From the human T2T-CHM13v2.0 reference genome, Homo sapiens: a DNA stretch of 64,000 nt. Below are positions 13,401 through 28,899 of this stretch, piece after piece; position 1 is the first letter of the stretch, and each line of letters opens with the position of its first letter. The DNA is taken from NCBI RefSeq assembly GCF_009914755.1, contig NC_060925.1; one strand, 5' to 3'. The notes beneath the pieces were generated by a model that worked only from the letters and a program-made list of their open reading frames with translations, had not been told where the DNA came from and made no database searches. Position numbers and translations under genes: made by a program.

Positions 13401-16400
13401 GAATGGAATCATCATCCAACGGAAGCTAATGGAATCAACATCGAATTAATCGAATGGAAACACCATCGAATTGAAACGAATGGAATTATCATGAAATTGA
13501 AATGGATGGACTCATCATCGAATGGATTCGAATGGAATCATCGAATAAAATTGATTGAAATCATCATCGAAAGGAATCGAATGGTATCATTGAATGGAAT
13601 CGAATGGAATCATCATCAGATGGAAATGAATGGAATCTTCATAGAATGGAATCGAATGGATTCATTGAATAGAATCAGATGGAATCATCGAATGGACTGG
13701 AATGGAATCATTGAATGGACTCGAAAGGGATCATTATTGAATGGAATTGAATGGAATCATCGAATGGTCTCGATTGGAATCATTATCAAATGGAATCGAA
13801 TGGAATCACCGAATAGAATCGAATGGAACAATCATCGAATGGACTCAAATGGAATTATCCTCAAATGGAATCGAATGGAATTATCGAATGCAATCGAATG
13901 GAATTATCGAATGCAATCGAATAGAATCATCGAAAGGACTCGAATGGAATCATCGAATGGAATGGAATGGAACAGTCAATGAACTCGAATGGAATCATCA
14001 TTGAATGGAATCGAATGGAATCATCGAGTGGAATCGAATGGAATTATGATCAAATGGAATCGAATGTAATCATCATCAAATGGAATCAAAAATAACCATC
14101 ATCAATTGGTATTGAATGGAATTGTCATCAAATGGAATTCAAAGGAATCATCATCAAATGGAACCGAATGGAATCCTCATTGAATGGAAATGAAAGGGGT
14201 CATCATCTAATGGAATCGCATGGAATCATCATAAAATGGAATCGAATGGAATCATCATCAAATGGAATCTAATGGAATCATTGAACAGAATTGAATGGAA
14301 TCGTCATCGAATGAATTGAATGCAATCATCGAATGGTCTCGAATGGAATCATCTTCTAATGGAAAGGAATGGAATCATCGCATAGAATCGAATGGAATTA
14401 CCATCGAATGGAATCGAATGGTATCAACACCAAACGGAAAAAAACGGAATTATCGAATGGAATCGAAGAGAATCTTCGAACGGACCGGAATGGAATCATC
14501 TAATGGAATGGAACGGAATAATCCATGGACTCGAATGCAATCATCATCGAATGGAATCGAATGGAATCATCGAATGGACTCGAATGGAATAATCATTGAA
14601 CGGAATCGAATGGAATCATCATCGGATGGAAACGAATGGAATCATCATCGAATGGAAATGAAAGGAGTCATCATCTAATGGAATTGCATGGAATCATCAT
14701 AAAATGGAATCGAATGGAATCAACATCAAATGTAATCAAATGGAATAATTGAACGGAATTGAATGGAATCGTCATCGAATGAATTGAATGCAATCATCGA
14801 ATGGTCTAGAATGGAATCATCTTCAAATGGAATGGAATGGAATCACCGTATAGTATCGAATGGAAGTATCATCGAATGGAATCGAATGGAATCAACATCA
14901 AACGGAAAAAAACGGAATTATCGAATGGAATCGAAGAGAATCATCGAATGGACCCGAATGGAATCATCTAATGGAATGGAATGGAATAATCCATGGACTC
15001 GAATGCAATCATCATCGAATGGAATCGAATGGAATCATCGAATGGACTCGAATGGAATAATCATTGAACGGAATCGAATGGAATCATCATCGGATGGAAA
15101 TGAATGGAATCATCATCGAATGGAATCGAATAGAATTATGGAATGAAATCCAGTGTGATCATCATCGAATGGACCCGAATGGAATCATCATCCAACGGAA
15201 GCTAATGGAATCAACATCGAATGAATCGAATGGAAACACCATCGAATTGAAACTAATGGAATTATCATGAAATTGAAATGGATGGACTCATCATCGAATG
15301 GATTCGAATGGAATCATCGAATAAAATTGATTGAAATCATCATCCAATGGAATCGAATGGTATCATTGAATGGAATCGAATGGAATCATCATCAGATGGA
15401 AATGAATGGAATCGTCATAGAATGGAATCGAATGGATTCATTGAATGGAATCAGATGGAATCATCAAATGGACTGGAATGGAATCATTGAATGGACTCGA
15501 AAGGGATCATTATTGAATGGAATTGAATGGAATCATCGAATGGTCTCGATTGGAATCATTATCAAATGGAATCGAATGGAATCACGGAATAGAATCGAAT
15601 GGAACAATCATCGAATGGACTCAAATGGAATTATCCTCAAATGGAATCGAATGGAATTATCGAATGCAATCGAATGGAATTATCGAATGCAATCGAATAG
15701 AATCATCGGATGGACTCGAATGGAATCATCGAATGGAATGGAATGGAACAGTCAATGAACTCGAATGGAATCATCATTGAATGGAATCGAATGGAATCAT
15801 CGAGTGGAATCGAATGGAATTATGATCAAATGGAATCGAATGTAATCATCATCAAATGGAATCAAAAATAACCATCATCAATTGGTATTGAATGGAATTG
15901 TCATCAAATGGAATTCAAAGGAATCATCATCAAATGGAACCGAATGGAATCCTCATTGAATGGAAATGAAAGGGGTCATCATCTAATGGAATCGCATGGA
16001 ATCATCATCAAATGGAATCGAATGGAATCATCATCAAATGGAATCTAATGGAATCATTGAACAGAATTGAATGGAATCGTCATCGAATGAATTGAATGCA
16101 ATCATCGAATGGTCTCGAATGGAATCATCTTCTAATGGAAAGGAATGGAATCATCGCATAGAATCGAATGGAATTAACATTGAATGGACTCGAATGGAAT
16201 CAACATCAAATGGAATCAAGCGGAATTATCGAATGAAATCGAAGAGAATCATCGAATGGACTCGAATGGAATCATCTAATGGAATGGAATGGAATAATCC
16301 ACGGACTCGAATGCAATCATCATCGTATAGAATCGAATGGAATCATCGAATGGACTCGAATGGAATAACCATTGAACGGAATCGAATGGAATCATCATCG

Positions 16401-18076
16401 GATGGAAACGAATGGAATCATCATCGAATGGAAATGTAAGGAGTCATCATCTAATGGAATTGCATGGAATCATCATAAAATAGAATCGAATGGAATCATC
16501 ATCAAATGGAATCAAATGGAATCATTGAACGGAATTGAATGGAATCGTCATCGAATGAATTGAATGCAATCATCGAATGGTCTCGAATGGAATCATCTTC
16601 AAATGGAATGGAATGGAATCATCGCATAGAATCGAATGGAATTATCATCGAATGGAATCGAATGGTATCAACATCAAACGGAAAAAAACGGAATTATCGA
16701 ATGGAATCGAAGAGAATCTTCGAACGGACCCGAATGGAATCATCTAATGGAATGGAATGGAATAATCCATGGACTCGAATGCAATCATCATCGAATGGAA
16801 TCGAATGGAATCATCGAATGGACTCGAATGGAATAATCATTGAACGGAATCGAATGGAATCATCATCGGATGGAAACGAATGGAATCATCATCGAATGGA
16901 AATGAAAGGAGTCATCATCTAATGGAATTGCATGGAATCATCATAAAATGGAATCGAATGGAATCAACATCAAATGGAATCAAATGGAATAATTGAACGG
17001 AATTGAATGGAATCGTCATCGAATGAATTGAATGCAATCATCGAATGGTCTCGAATGGAATCATCTTCAAATGGAATGGAATGGAATCACCGCATAGAAT
17101 CGAATGGAAGTATCATCGAATGGAATCGAATGGAATCAACATCAAACGGAAAAAAACGGAATTATCGAATGGAATCGAAGAGAATCATCAAATGGACCCG
17201 AATGGAATCATCTAATGGAATGGAATGGAATAATCCATGGACTCGAATGCAATCATCATCGAATGGAATCGAATGGAATCATCGAATGGACTCGAATGGA
17301 ATAATCATTGAACGGAATCGAATGGAATCATCATCGGATGGAAATGAATGGAATCATCATCGAATGGAATCGAATAGAATTATGGAATGAAATCCAGTGT
17401 GATCATCATCGAATGGACCCGAATGGAATCATCATCCAACGGAAGCTAATGGAATCAACATCGAATGAATCGAATGGAAACACCATCGAATTGAAACGAA
17501 TGGAATTATCATGAAATTGAAATGGATGGACTCATCATCGAATGGATTCGAATGGAATCATCGAATAAAATTGATTGAAATCATCATCGAATGGAATCGA
17601 ATGGTATCATTGAATGGAATCGAATGGAATCATCATCAGATGGAAATGAATGGAATCGTCATAGAATGGAATCGAATGGATTCATTGAATAGAATCAGAT
17701 GGAATCATCGAATGGACTGGAATGGAATCATTGAATGGACTCGAAAGGGATCATTATTGAATGGAATTGAATGGAATCATCGAATGGTCTCGATTGGAAT
17801 CATTATCAAATGGAATCGAATGGAATCACCGAATAGAATCGAATGGAACAATCATCGAATGGACTCAAATGGAATTATCCTCAAATGGAATCGAATGGAA
17901 TTATCGAATGCAATCGAATGGAATTATCGAATGCAATTGAATAGAATCATCAAATGGACTCGAATGGAATCATCGAATGGAATGGAATGGAACAGTAAAT
18001 GAACTCGAATGGAATCATCATTGAATGGAATCGAATGGAATCATCGAGTGGAATCGAATGGAATTATGATCAAATG

Positions 18077-21000
18077 GAATCGAATGTAATCATCATCAAA
18101 TGGAATCAAAAGTAACCATCATCAATTCGTTTTGAATGGAATTGTCATCAAATGGAATTCAAAGGAATCATCATCAAATGGAACCGAATGGAATCCTCAT
18201 TGAATGGAAATGAAAGGGGTCATCATCTAATGGAATCGCATGGAATCATCATCAAATGGAATCGAATGGAATCATCATCAAATGGAATCTAATGGAATCA
18301 TTGAACAGAATTGAATGGAATCGTCATCGAATGAATTGAATGCAATCATCGAATGGTCTCGAATGGAATCATCTTCTAATGGAAAGGAATGGAATCATCG
18401 CATAGAATCGAATGGAATTATCATCGAATGGAATCGAATGGTATCAACACCAAACGGAAAAAAACGGAATGATCGAATGGAATCGAAGAGAATCTTCGAA
18501 CGGACCCGAATGGAATCATCTAATGGAATGGAATGGAATAATCCATGGACTCGAATGCAATCATCATCGAATGGAATCGAATGGAATCATCGAATGGACT
18601 CGAATGGAATAATCATTGAACGGAATCGAATGGAATCATCATCAGATGGAAACGAATGGAATCATCATCGAATGGAAATGAAAGGAGTCATCATCTAATG
18701 GAATTGCATGGAATCATCATAAAATGGAATCGAATGGAATCAACATCAAATGGAATCAAATGGAATCATTGAACGGAATTGAATGGAATCGTCATCGAAT
18801 GAATTGACTGCAATCATCGAATGGTCTCGAATGGAATCATCTTCAAATGGAATGGAATGGAATCATCGCATAGAATCGAATGGAATTATCATCGAATGGA
18901 ATCGAATGGAATCAACATCAAACGGAAAAAAACGGAATTATCGTATGGAATCGAAGAGAATCATCGAATGGACCCGAATGGAATCATCTAATGGAATGGA
19001 ATGGAATAATCCATGGACTCGAATGCAATCATCATCGAATGGAATCGAATGGAATCATCGAATGGACTCGAATGGAATAATCATTGAACGGAATCGAATG
19101 GAATCATCATCGGATGGAAATGAATGGAATCATCATCGAATGGAATCGAATAGAATTATGGAATGAAATCCAGTGTGATCATCATCGAATGGACCCGAAT
19201 GGAATCATCATCCAACGGAAGCTAATGGAATCAACATCGAATGAATCGAATGGAAACACCATCGAATTGAAACGAATGGAATTATCATGAAATTGAAATG
19301 GATGGACTCATCATCGAATGGATTCGAATGGAATCATCGAATAAAATTGATTGAAATCATCATCCAATGGAATCGAATGGTATCATTGAATGGAATCGAA
19401 TGGAATCATCATCAGATGGAAATGAATGGAATCGTCATAGAATGGAATCGAATGGATTCATTGAATGGAATCAGATGGAATCATCGAATGGACTGGAATG
19501 GAATCATTGAATGGACTCGAAAGGGATCATTATTGAATGGAATTGAATGGAATCATCGAATGGTCTCGATTGGAATCATTATCAAATGGAATCGAATGGA
19601 ATCACCGAACAGAATCGAATGGAACAATCATCGAATGGACTCAAATGGAATTATCCTCAAATGGAATCGAATGGAATTATCGAATGCAATCGAATGGAAT
19701 TATCGAATGCAATCGAATGGAATTATCGAATGCAATCGAATAGAATCATCGAATGGACTCGAATGGAATCATCGAATGGAATGGAATGGAACAGTCAATG
19801 AACTCGAATGGAATCATCATTGAATGGAATCGAATGGAATCATCGAGTGGAATCGAATGGAAATATGATCAAATGGAATCGAATATAATCATCATCAAAT
19901 GGAATCAAAAATAACCATCATCAATTGGTATTGAATGGAATTCTCATCAAATGGAATTCAAAGGAATCATCATCAAATGGAACTGAATGGAATCCTCATT
20001 GAATGGAAATGAAAGGGGTCATCATCTAATGGAATCGCATGGAATCATCATCAAATGGAATCGAATGGAATCATCATCAAATGGAATCTGATGGAATCAT
20101 TGAACAGAATTGAATGGAATCGTCATCGAATGAATTGAATGCAATCATCGAATGGTCTCGAATGTAATCACATTCTAATGGAAAGGAATGGAATCATCGC
20201 ATAGAATCGAATGGAATTAACATTGAATGGACTCGAATGGAATCAACATCAAACGGAATCAAGCGGAATTATCGAATGGAATCGAAGAGAATCATCGAAT
20301 GGTCTCGAATGGAATCATCTTCTAATGGAAAGGAATGGAATCATCGCATAGAATCGAATGGAATTAACATTGAATGGACTCGAATGGAATCAACATCAAA
20401 TGGAATCAAGCGGAATTATCGAATGAAATCGAAGAGAATCATCGAATGGACTCGAATGGAATCATCTAATGGAATGGAATGGAATAATCCACGGACTCGA
20501 ATGCAATCATCATCGTATAGAATCGAATGGAGTCATCGAGTGGACTCTAATGGAATAACCATTGAACGGAATCGAATGGAATCATCATCGGATGGAAAGG
20601 AATGGAATCATCATCGAATGGAAATGTAAGGAGTCATCATCTAATGGAATTGCATGGAATCATCATAAAATGGAATCGAATGGAATCATCATCAAATGGA
20701 ATCAAAAGGAATCATTGAACGGAATTGAATGGAATCGTCATCGAATGAATTGAATGCAATCATCGAATGGTCTCGAATGGAATCATCTTCAAATGGAATG
20801 GAATGGAATCATCGCATAGAATCGAATGGAATTATCATCGAATGGAATCGAATGGTATCAACATCAAACGGAAAAAAACGGAATTATCGAATGGAATCGA
20901 AGAGAATCTTCGAACGGACCCGCATGGAATCATCTAATGGAATGGAATGGAATAATCCATGGACTCGAATGCAATCATCATCGAATGGAATCGAATGGAA

Positions 21001-24000
21001 TCATTGAATGGACTCGAATGGAATAATCATTGAACGGAATCGAATGGAATCATCATCGGATGGAAATGAATGGAATCATCATCGAATGGAATCGAATAGA
21101 ATTATGGAATGAAATCCAGTGTGATCATCATCGAATGGACCCGAATGGAATCATCATCCAACGGAAGCTAATGGAATCAACATCGAATGAATTGAATGGA
21201 AACACCATCGAATTGAAACGAATGGAATTATCATGAAATTGAAATGGATGGACTCATCATCGAATGGATTCGAATGGAATCATCGAATAAAATTGATTGA
21301 AATCATCATCGAATGGAATCGAATGGTATCATTGAATGGAATCGAATGGAATCATCATCAGATGGAAATGAATGGAATCGTCATAGAATGGAATCGAATG
21401 GATTCATTGAATAGAATCAGATGGAATCATCGAATGGACTGGAATGGAATCATTGAATGGACTCGAAAGGGATCATTATTGAATGGAATTGAATGGAATC
21501 ATCGAATGGTCTCGATTGGAATCATTATCAAATGGAATCGAATGGAATCACCGAATAGAATCGAATGGAACAATCATCGAATGGACTCAAATGGAATTAT
21601 CCTTAAATGGAATCGAATGGAATTATCGAATGCAATCGAATGGAATTATAGAATGCAATCGAATAGAATCATCGAAAGGACTCGAATGGAATCATCGAAT
21701 GGAATGGAATGGAACAGTCAATGAACTCGAATGGAATCATCATTGAATGGAATCGAATGGAATCATCGAGTGGAATCGAATGGAATTATGATCAAATGGA
21801 ATCGAATGTAATCATCATCAAATGGAATCAAAAATAACCATCATCAATTGGTATTGAATGGAATTGTCATCAAATGGAATTCAAAGGAATCATCATCAAA
21901 TGGAACCGAATGGAATCCTCATTGAATGGAAATGAAAGGGGTCATCATCTAATGGAATCGCATGGAATCATCATCAAATGGAATCGAATGGAATCATCAT
22001 CAAATGGAATCTAATGGAATCATTGAAAAGAATTGAATGGAATCATCATCGAATTAATTGAATGCAATCATCGAATGGTCTCGAATGGAATCATCTTCTA
22101 ATGGAAAGGAATGGAATCATCGCATAGAATCGAATGGAATTATCATCGAATGGAATCGAATGGTATCAACACCAAACGGAAAAAAACGGAATTATCGAAT
22201 GGAATCGAAGAGAATCTTCGAACGGACCCGAATGGAATCATCTAATGGAATGGAATGGAATAATCCATGGACTCGAATGCAATCATCATCGAATGGAATC
22301 GAATGGAATCATCGAATGGACTCGAATGGAATAATCATTGTACGGAATCGAATGGAATCATCATCGGATGGAAACGAATGGAATCATCATCGAATGGAAA
22401 TGAAAGGAGTCATCATCTAATGGAATTGCATGGAATCATCATAAAATGGAATCGAATGGAATCAACATCAAATGGAATCAAATGGAATCATTGAACGGAA
22501 TTGAATGGAATCGTCATCGAATGAATTGAATGCAATCATCGAATGGTCTCGAATGGAATCATCTTCAAATGGAATGGAATGGAATCATCGCATAGAATCG
22601 AATGGAATTATCATCGAATGGAATCGAATGGAATCAACATCAAACGGAAAAAAACGGAATTATCGAATGGAATCGAAGAGAATCATCCAATGGACTCGAA
22701 TGGAATCATCTAATGGAATGGAATGGAATAATCCATGGATTCGAATGCAATCATCATCGAATGGAATCGAATGGAATCATCGAATGGACTCGAATGGAAT
22801 AATCATTGAACGGAATCGAATGGAATCATCATCGGATGGAAATGAATGGAATCATCATCGAATGGAATCGAATAGAATTATGGAATGAAATCCAGTGTGA
22901 TCATCATCGAATGGACCCGAATGGAATCATCATCCAACGGAAGCTAATGGAATCAACATCGAATGAATCAAATGGAAACACCATCGAATTGAAACGAATG
23001 GAATTATCATGAAATTGAAATGGATGGACTCATCATCAAATGGATTCGAGTGGAATCATCGAATAAAATTGATTGAAATCCTCATCGAATGGAATCGAAT
23101 GGTATCATTGAATGGAATCGAATGGAATCATCATCAGATGGAAATGAAAGGAATCGTCATAGAATGGAATCGAATGGATTCATTGAATGGAATCAGATGG
23201 AATCATTGAATGGACTGGAATGGAAACATTGAATGGACACGAAAGGGATCATGATTGAATGGAATTGAATGGAATCATCGAATGGTCTCGATTGGAATCA
23301 TTATCAAATGGAATCGAATGGAATCACCGAATAGAATCGAATGGAACAATCATCGAATGGACTCAAATGGAATTATCCTCAAATGGAATCGAATGGAATT
23401 ATCGAATGCAATCGAATGGAATTATCGAATGCAATCGAATAGAATCATCGAATGGACTCGAATGGAATCATCGAATGGAATGGAATGGAACAGTCAATGA
23501 ACTCGAATGGAATCATCATTGAATGGAATCGAATGGAATCATCGAGTGGAATCGAATGGAATTATGATCAAATGGAATCGAATGTAATCATCATCAAATG
23601 GAATCAAAAATAACCATCCTCAATTGGTATTGAATGGAATTGTCATCAAATGGAATTCAAAGGAATCATCATCAAATGGAACCGAATGGAATCCTCATTG
23701 AATGGAAATGAAAGGGGTCATCATCTAATGGAATCGCATGGAATCATCATAAAATGGAATCGAATGGAATCAACATCAAATGGAATCAAATGGAATCATT
23801 GAACGGAATTGAATGGAATCGTCATCGAATGAATTGAATGCAATCATCGAATGGTCTCGAATGGAATCATCTTCAAATCTAATGGAATGGAATCATCGCA
23901 TAGAATCGAATGGAATTATCATCGAATGGAATCGAAAGGAATCAAAATCAAACGGAAAAAAACGGAATTATCGAATGGAATCGAAGAGAATCATCGAATG

Positions 24001-25160
24001 GACCCGAATGGAATCATCTAATGGAATGGAATGGAATAATCCATGGACTCGAATGCAATCATCATCGAATGGAATCGAATGGAATCATCGAATGGACTCG
24101 AATGAATAATCATTGAACGGAATCGAATGGAATCATCATCGGATGGAAACGAATGGAATCATCATCGAATGGAATCGTATAGATTTATGGAATGAAATCC
24201 AGTGTGATCATCATCGTATGGACCCGAATGGAATCATCATCCAACGGAAGCTAATGGAATCAACATCGAATGAATCAAATGGAAACACCATCGAATTGAA
24301 ACGAATGGAATTACCATGAAATTGAAATGGATGGACTCATCATCAAATGGATTCGAATGGAATCATCGAATAAAATTGATTGAAATCATCATCGATTGGA
24401 ATCGAATGGTATCATTGAATGGAATCGAATGGAATCATCATCAGATGGAAATGAATGGAATCGTCATAGAATGGAATCGAATGGATTCATTGAATGGAAT
24501 CAGATGGAATCATTGAATGGACTGGAATGGAATCATTCAATGGACTCGAAAGGGATCATTATTGAATGTAATTGAATGGAATCATCGAATGGTCTCGATT
24601 GGAATCATTATCAAATGGAATCGAATGGAATCACCGAATACAATCGAATGGAACAATCATCGAATGGACTCAAATGGAATTATCCTCCAATGGAATCGAA
24701 TGGAATTATCGAATGCAATCGAATGGAATTATCGAATGCAATCGAATAGAATCATCGAATGGACTCGAATGGAATCATCGAATGGAATGGAATGGAACAG
24801 TCAATGAACTCGAATGGAATCATCATTGAATGGAATCGAATGGAATCATCGAGTGGAATCGAATGGAAATATGATCAAATGGAATCGAATATAATCATCA
24901 TCAAATGGAATCAAAAATAACCATCATCAATTGGTATTGAATGGAATTCTCATCAAATGGAATTCAAAGGAATCATCATCAAATGGAACTGAATGGAATC
25001 CTCATTGAATGGAAATGAAAGGGGTCATCATCTAATGGAATCGCATGGAATCATCATCAAATGGAATCGAATGGAATCATCATCAAATGGAATCTGATGG
25101 AATCATTGAACAGAATTGAATGGAATCGTCATCGAATGAATTGAATGCAATCATCGAATG
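18077..25160 (+). repeat. Partial second copy (~7.1 kb) of the 18,076 bp higher-order repeat
   Basis: Near-identical to 1-~7085 (ORF starts 239/18315, 1211/19287, 5737/23813, 6441/24517). Diagnostic variants stop matching from ~25.17-25.55 kb; the end coordinate is approximate. Confidence 0.88.
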
Positions 25161-28100
25161 GTCTCGAATTTAATCACATTCTAATGGAAAGGAATGGAAT
25201 CATCGCATAGAATCAAATGGAATTAACATTGAATGGACTCGAATGGAATCAACATCAAACGGAATCAAGCGGAATTATCGAATGGAATCGAAGAGAATCA
25301 TCGAATGGTCTCGAATGGAATCATCTTCTAATGGAAAGGAATGGAATCATCGCATAGAATCGAATGGAATTAACATTGAATGGACTCGAATGGAATCAAC
25401 ATCAAATGGAATCAAGCGGAATTATCGAATGAAATCGAAGAGAATCATCGAATGGACTCGAATGGAATCATCTAATGGAATGGAATGGAATAATCCACGG
25501 ACTCGAATGCAATCATCATCGTATAGAATCGAATGGAATCATCGAATGGACTCGAATGGAATAACCATTGAACGGAATCGAATGGAATCATCATCGGATG
25601 GAAACGAATGGAATCATCATCGAATGGAAATGTAAGGAGTCATCATCTAATGGAATTGCATGGAATCATCATAAAATGGAATCGAATGGAATCATCATCA
25701 AATGGAATCAAATGGAATCATTGAACGGAATTGAATGGAATCGTCATCGAATGAATTGAATGCAATCATCGAATGGTCTCGAATGGAATCATCTTCAAAT
25801 GGAATGGAATGGAATCATCGCATAGAATCGAATGGAATTATCATCGAATGGAATCGAATGGTATCAACATCAAACGGAAAAAAACGGAATTATCGAATGG
25901 AATCGAAGAGAATCTTCGAACGGACACGCATGGAATCATCTAATGGAATGGAATGGAATAATCCATGGACTCGAATGCAATCATCATCGAATGGAATCGA
26001 ATGGAATCATTGAATGGACTCGAATGGAATAATCATTGAACGGAATCGAATGGAATCATCATCGGATGGAAATGAATGGAATCATCATCGAATGGAATCG
26101 AATAGAATTATGGAATGAAATCCAGTGTGATCATCATCGAATGGACCCGAATGGAATCATCATCCAACGGAAGCTAATGGAATCAACATCGAATGAATCG
26201 AATGGAAACACCATCGAATTGAAACGAATGGAATTATCATGAAATTGAAATGGATGGACTCATCATCGAATGGATTCGAATGGAATCATCGAATAAAATT
26301 GATTGAAATCATCATCGAATGGAATCGAATGGTATCATTGAATGGAATCGAATGGAATCATCATCAGATGGAAATGAATGGAATCGTCATAGAATGGAAT
26401 CGAATGGATTCATTGAATAGAATCAGATGGAATCATCGAATGGACTGGAATGGAATCATTGAATGGACTCGAAAGGGATCATTATTGAATGGAATTGAAT
26501 GGAATCATCGAATGGTCTCGATTGGAATCATTATCAAATGGAATCGAATGGAATCACCGAATAGAATCGAATGGAACAATCATCGAATGGACTCAAATGG
26601 AATTATCCTCAAATGGAATCGAATGGAATTATCGAATGCAATCGAATGGAATTATCGAATGCAATCGAATAGAATCATCGAATGGACTCGAATGGAATCA
26701 TCGAATGGAATGGAATGGAACAGTCAATGAACTCGAATGGAATCATCATTGAATGGAATCGAATGGAATCATCGAGTGGAATCGAATGGAATTATGATCA
26801 AATGGAATCGAATGTAATCATCATCAAATGGAATCAAAAATAACCATCATCAATTGGTATTGAATGGAATTCTCATCAAATGGAATTCAAAGGAATCATC
26901 ATCAAATGTAACCGAATGGAATCCTCATTGAATGGAAATGAAAGGGGTCATCATCTAATGGAATCGCATGGAATCATCATCAAATGGAATCGAATGGAAT
27001 CAACATCAAATGGAATCAAATGGAATAATTGAAAGGAATTGAATGGAATCGTCATCGAATGAATTGAATGCAATCATCGAATGGTCTCGAATGGAATCAT
27101 CTTCAAATGGAATGGAATGGAATCATCGCATAGAATCGAATGGAATTATCATCGAATGGAATCGAATGGAATCAACATCAAACGGAAAAAAACGGAATTA
27201 TCGAATGGAATCGAAGAGAATCATCGAATGGACCCGAATGGAATCATCTAATGGAATGGAATGGAATAATCCATGGACTCGAATGCAATCATCATCGAAT
27301 GGAATCGAATGGAATCATCGAATGGACTCGAATGGAATAATCATTGAACGGAATCGAATTGAATCATCATCGGATGGAAATGAAAGGAGTCATCATCTAA
27401 TGGAATTGCATGGAATCATCATAAAATGGAATCGAATGGAATCAACATCAAATGGAATCAAATAGAATCATTGAACGGAATTGAATGGAATCGTCATTGA
27501 ATGAATTGAATGCAATCATCGAATGGTCTCGAATGTAATCATCTTCAAATGGAATGGAATGGAATCATCGCATAGAATCGAATGGAATTATCATGAAATG
27601 GAATCGAATGGAATCAACATCAAACGGAAAAAAACGGAATTATCGAATGGAATCGAAGAGAATCATCGAACGGACCCGAATGGAATCATCTAATGGAATG
27701 GAATGGAATAATCCATGGACTCGAATGCAATCATCATCGAATGGAATCGAATGGAATCATCGAATGGACTCGAATGGAATAATCATTGAACGGAATCGAA
27801 TTGAATCATCATCGGATGGAAATGAATGGAATCATCATCGAATGGAATCGAATAGAATTATGGAATGAAATCCAGTGTGATCATCATCGAATGGACCCGA
27901 ATGGAATCATCATCGAACGGAAGCTAATGGAATCAACATCGAATGAATCGAATGGAAACACCATCGAATTGAAACGAATGGAATTATCATGAAATTGAAA
28001 TGGATGGACTCATCATCCAATGGATTCGAATGGAATCATCGAATAAAATTGATTGAAATCATCATCCAATGGAATCGAATGGTATCATTGAATGGAATCG

Positions 28101-28899
28101 AATGGAATCATCATCAGATGGAAATGAATGGAATCGTCATAGAATGGAAGCGAATGGATTCATTGAATGGAATCAGATGGAATCATCGAATGGACTGGAA
28201 TGGAATCATTGAATGGACTCGAAAGGGATCATTATTGAATGGAATTGAGTGGAATCATCGAATGGTCTCGATTGGAATCATTACCAAATGGAATCGAATG
28301 GAATCACCGAATAGAATCGAATGGAACAATCATCGAATGGACTCAAATGGAATTACCCTCAAATGGAATCGAATGGAATTATCGAATGCACTCGAATGGA
28401 ATTATCGAATGCATTCGAATAGAATCATCGAATGGACTCGAATGGAATCATCGAATGGAATGGAATGGAACAGTCAATGAACTCGAATGGAATCATCATT
28501 GAATGGAATCGAATGGAATCATCGAGTGGAATCGAATGGAATTATGATCCAATGGAATCGAATGTAATCATCAACAAATGGAATCAAAAATAACCATCAT
28601 CAATTGGTATTGAATGGAATTGTCATCAAATGGAATTCAAAGGAATCATCATCAAATGGAACCGAATGGAATCCTCATTGAATGGAAATGAAAGGGGTCA
28701 TCATCTAATGGAATCGCACGGAATCATCATCCAATGGAATCGAATGGAATCATCATCAAATGGAATCTAATGGAATCATTGAACAGAATTGAATGGAATC
28801 GTCATCGAATGAATTGAATGCAATCATCGAATGGTCTCGAATGGAATCATCTTCTAATGGAAAGGAATGGAATCATCGCATAGAATCGAATGGAATTAA

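Larger units (their letters stand above)
1..18076 (+). repeat. 18,076 bp ten-unit higher-order repeat, copy 1 (phase set by the window start)
   Basis: Unit lengths 1946+1776+1307+1923+1776x4+2244+1776 sum to 18,076. Private variants recur at exactly +18,076: CAAAAGTAAC, TCGTTTTGAA, GGAATGATCG, CCGAACAGAA, the triple 23-mer and TCAAATCTAATG. Confidence 0.9.
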
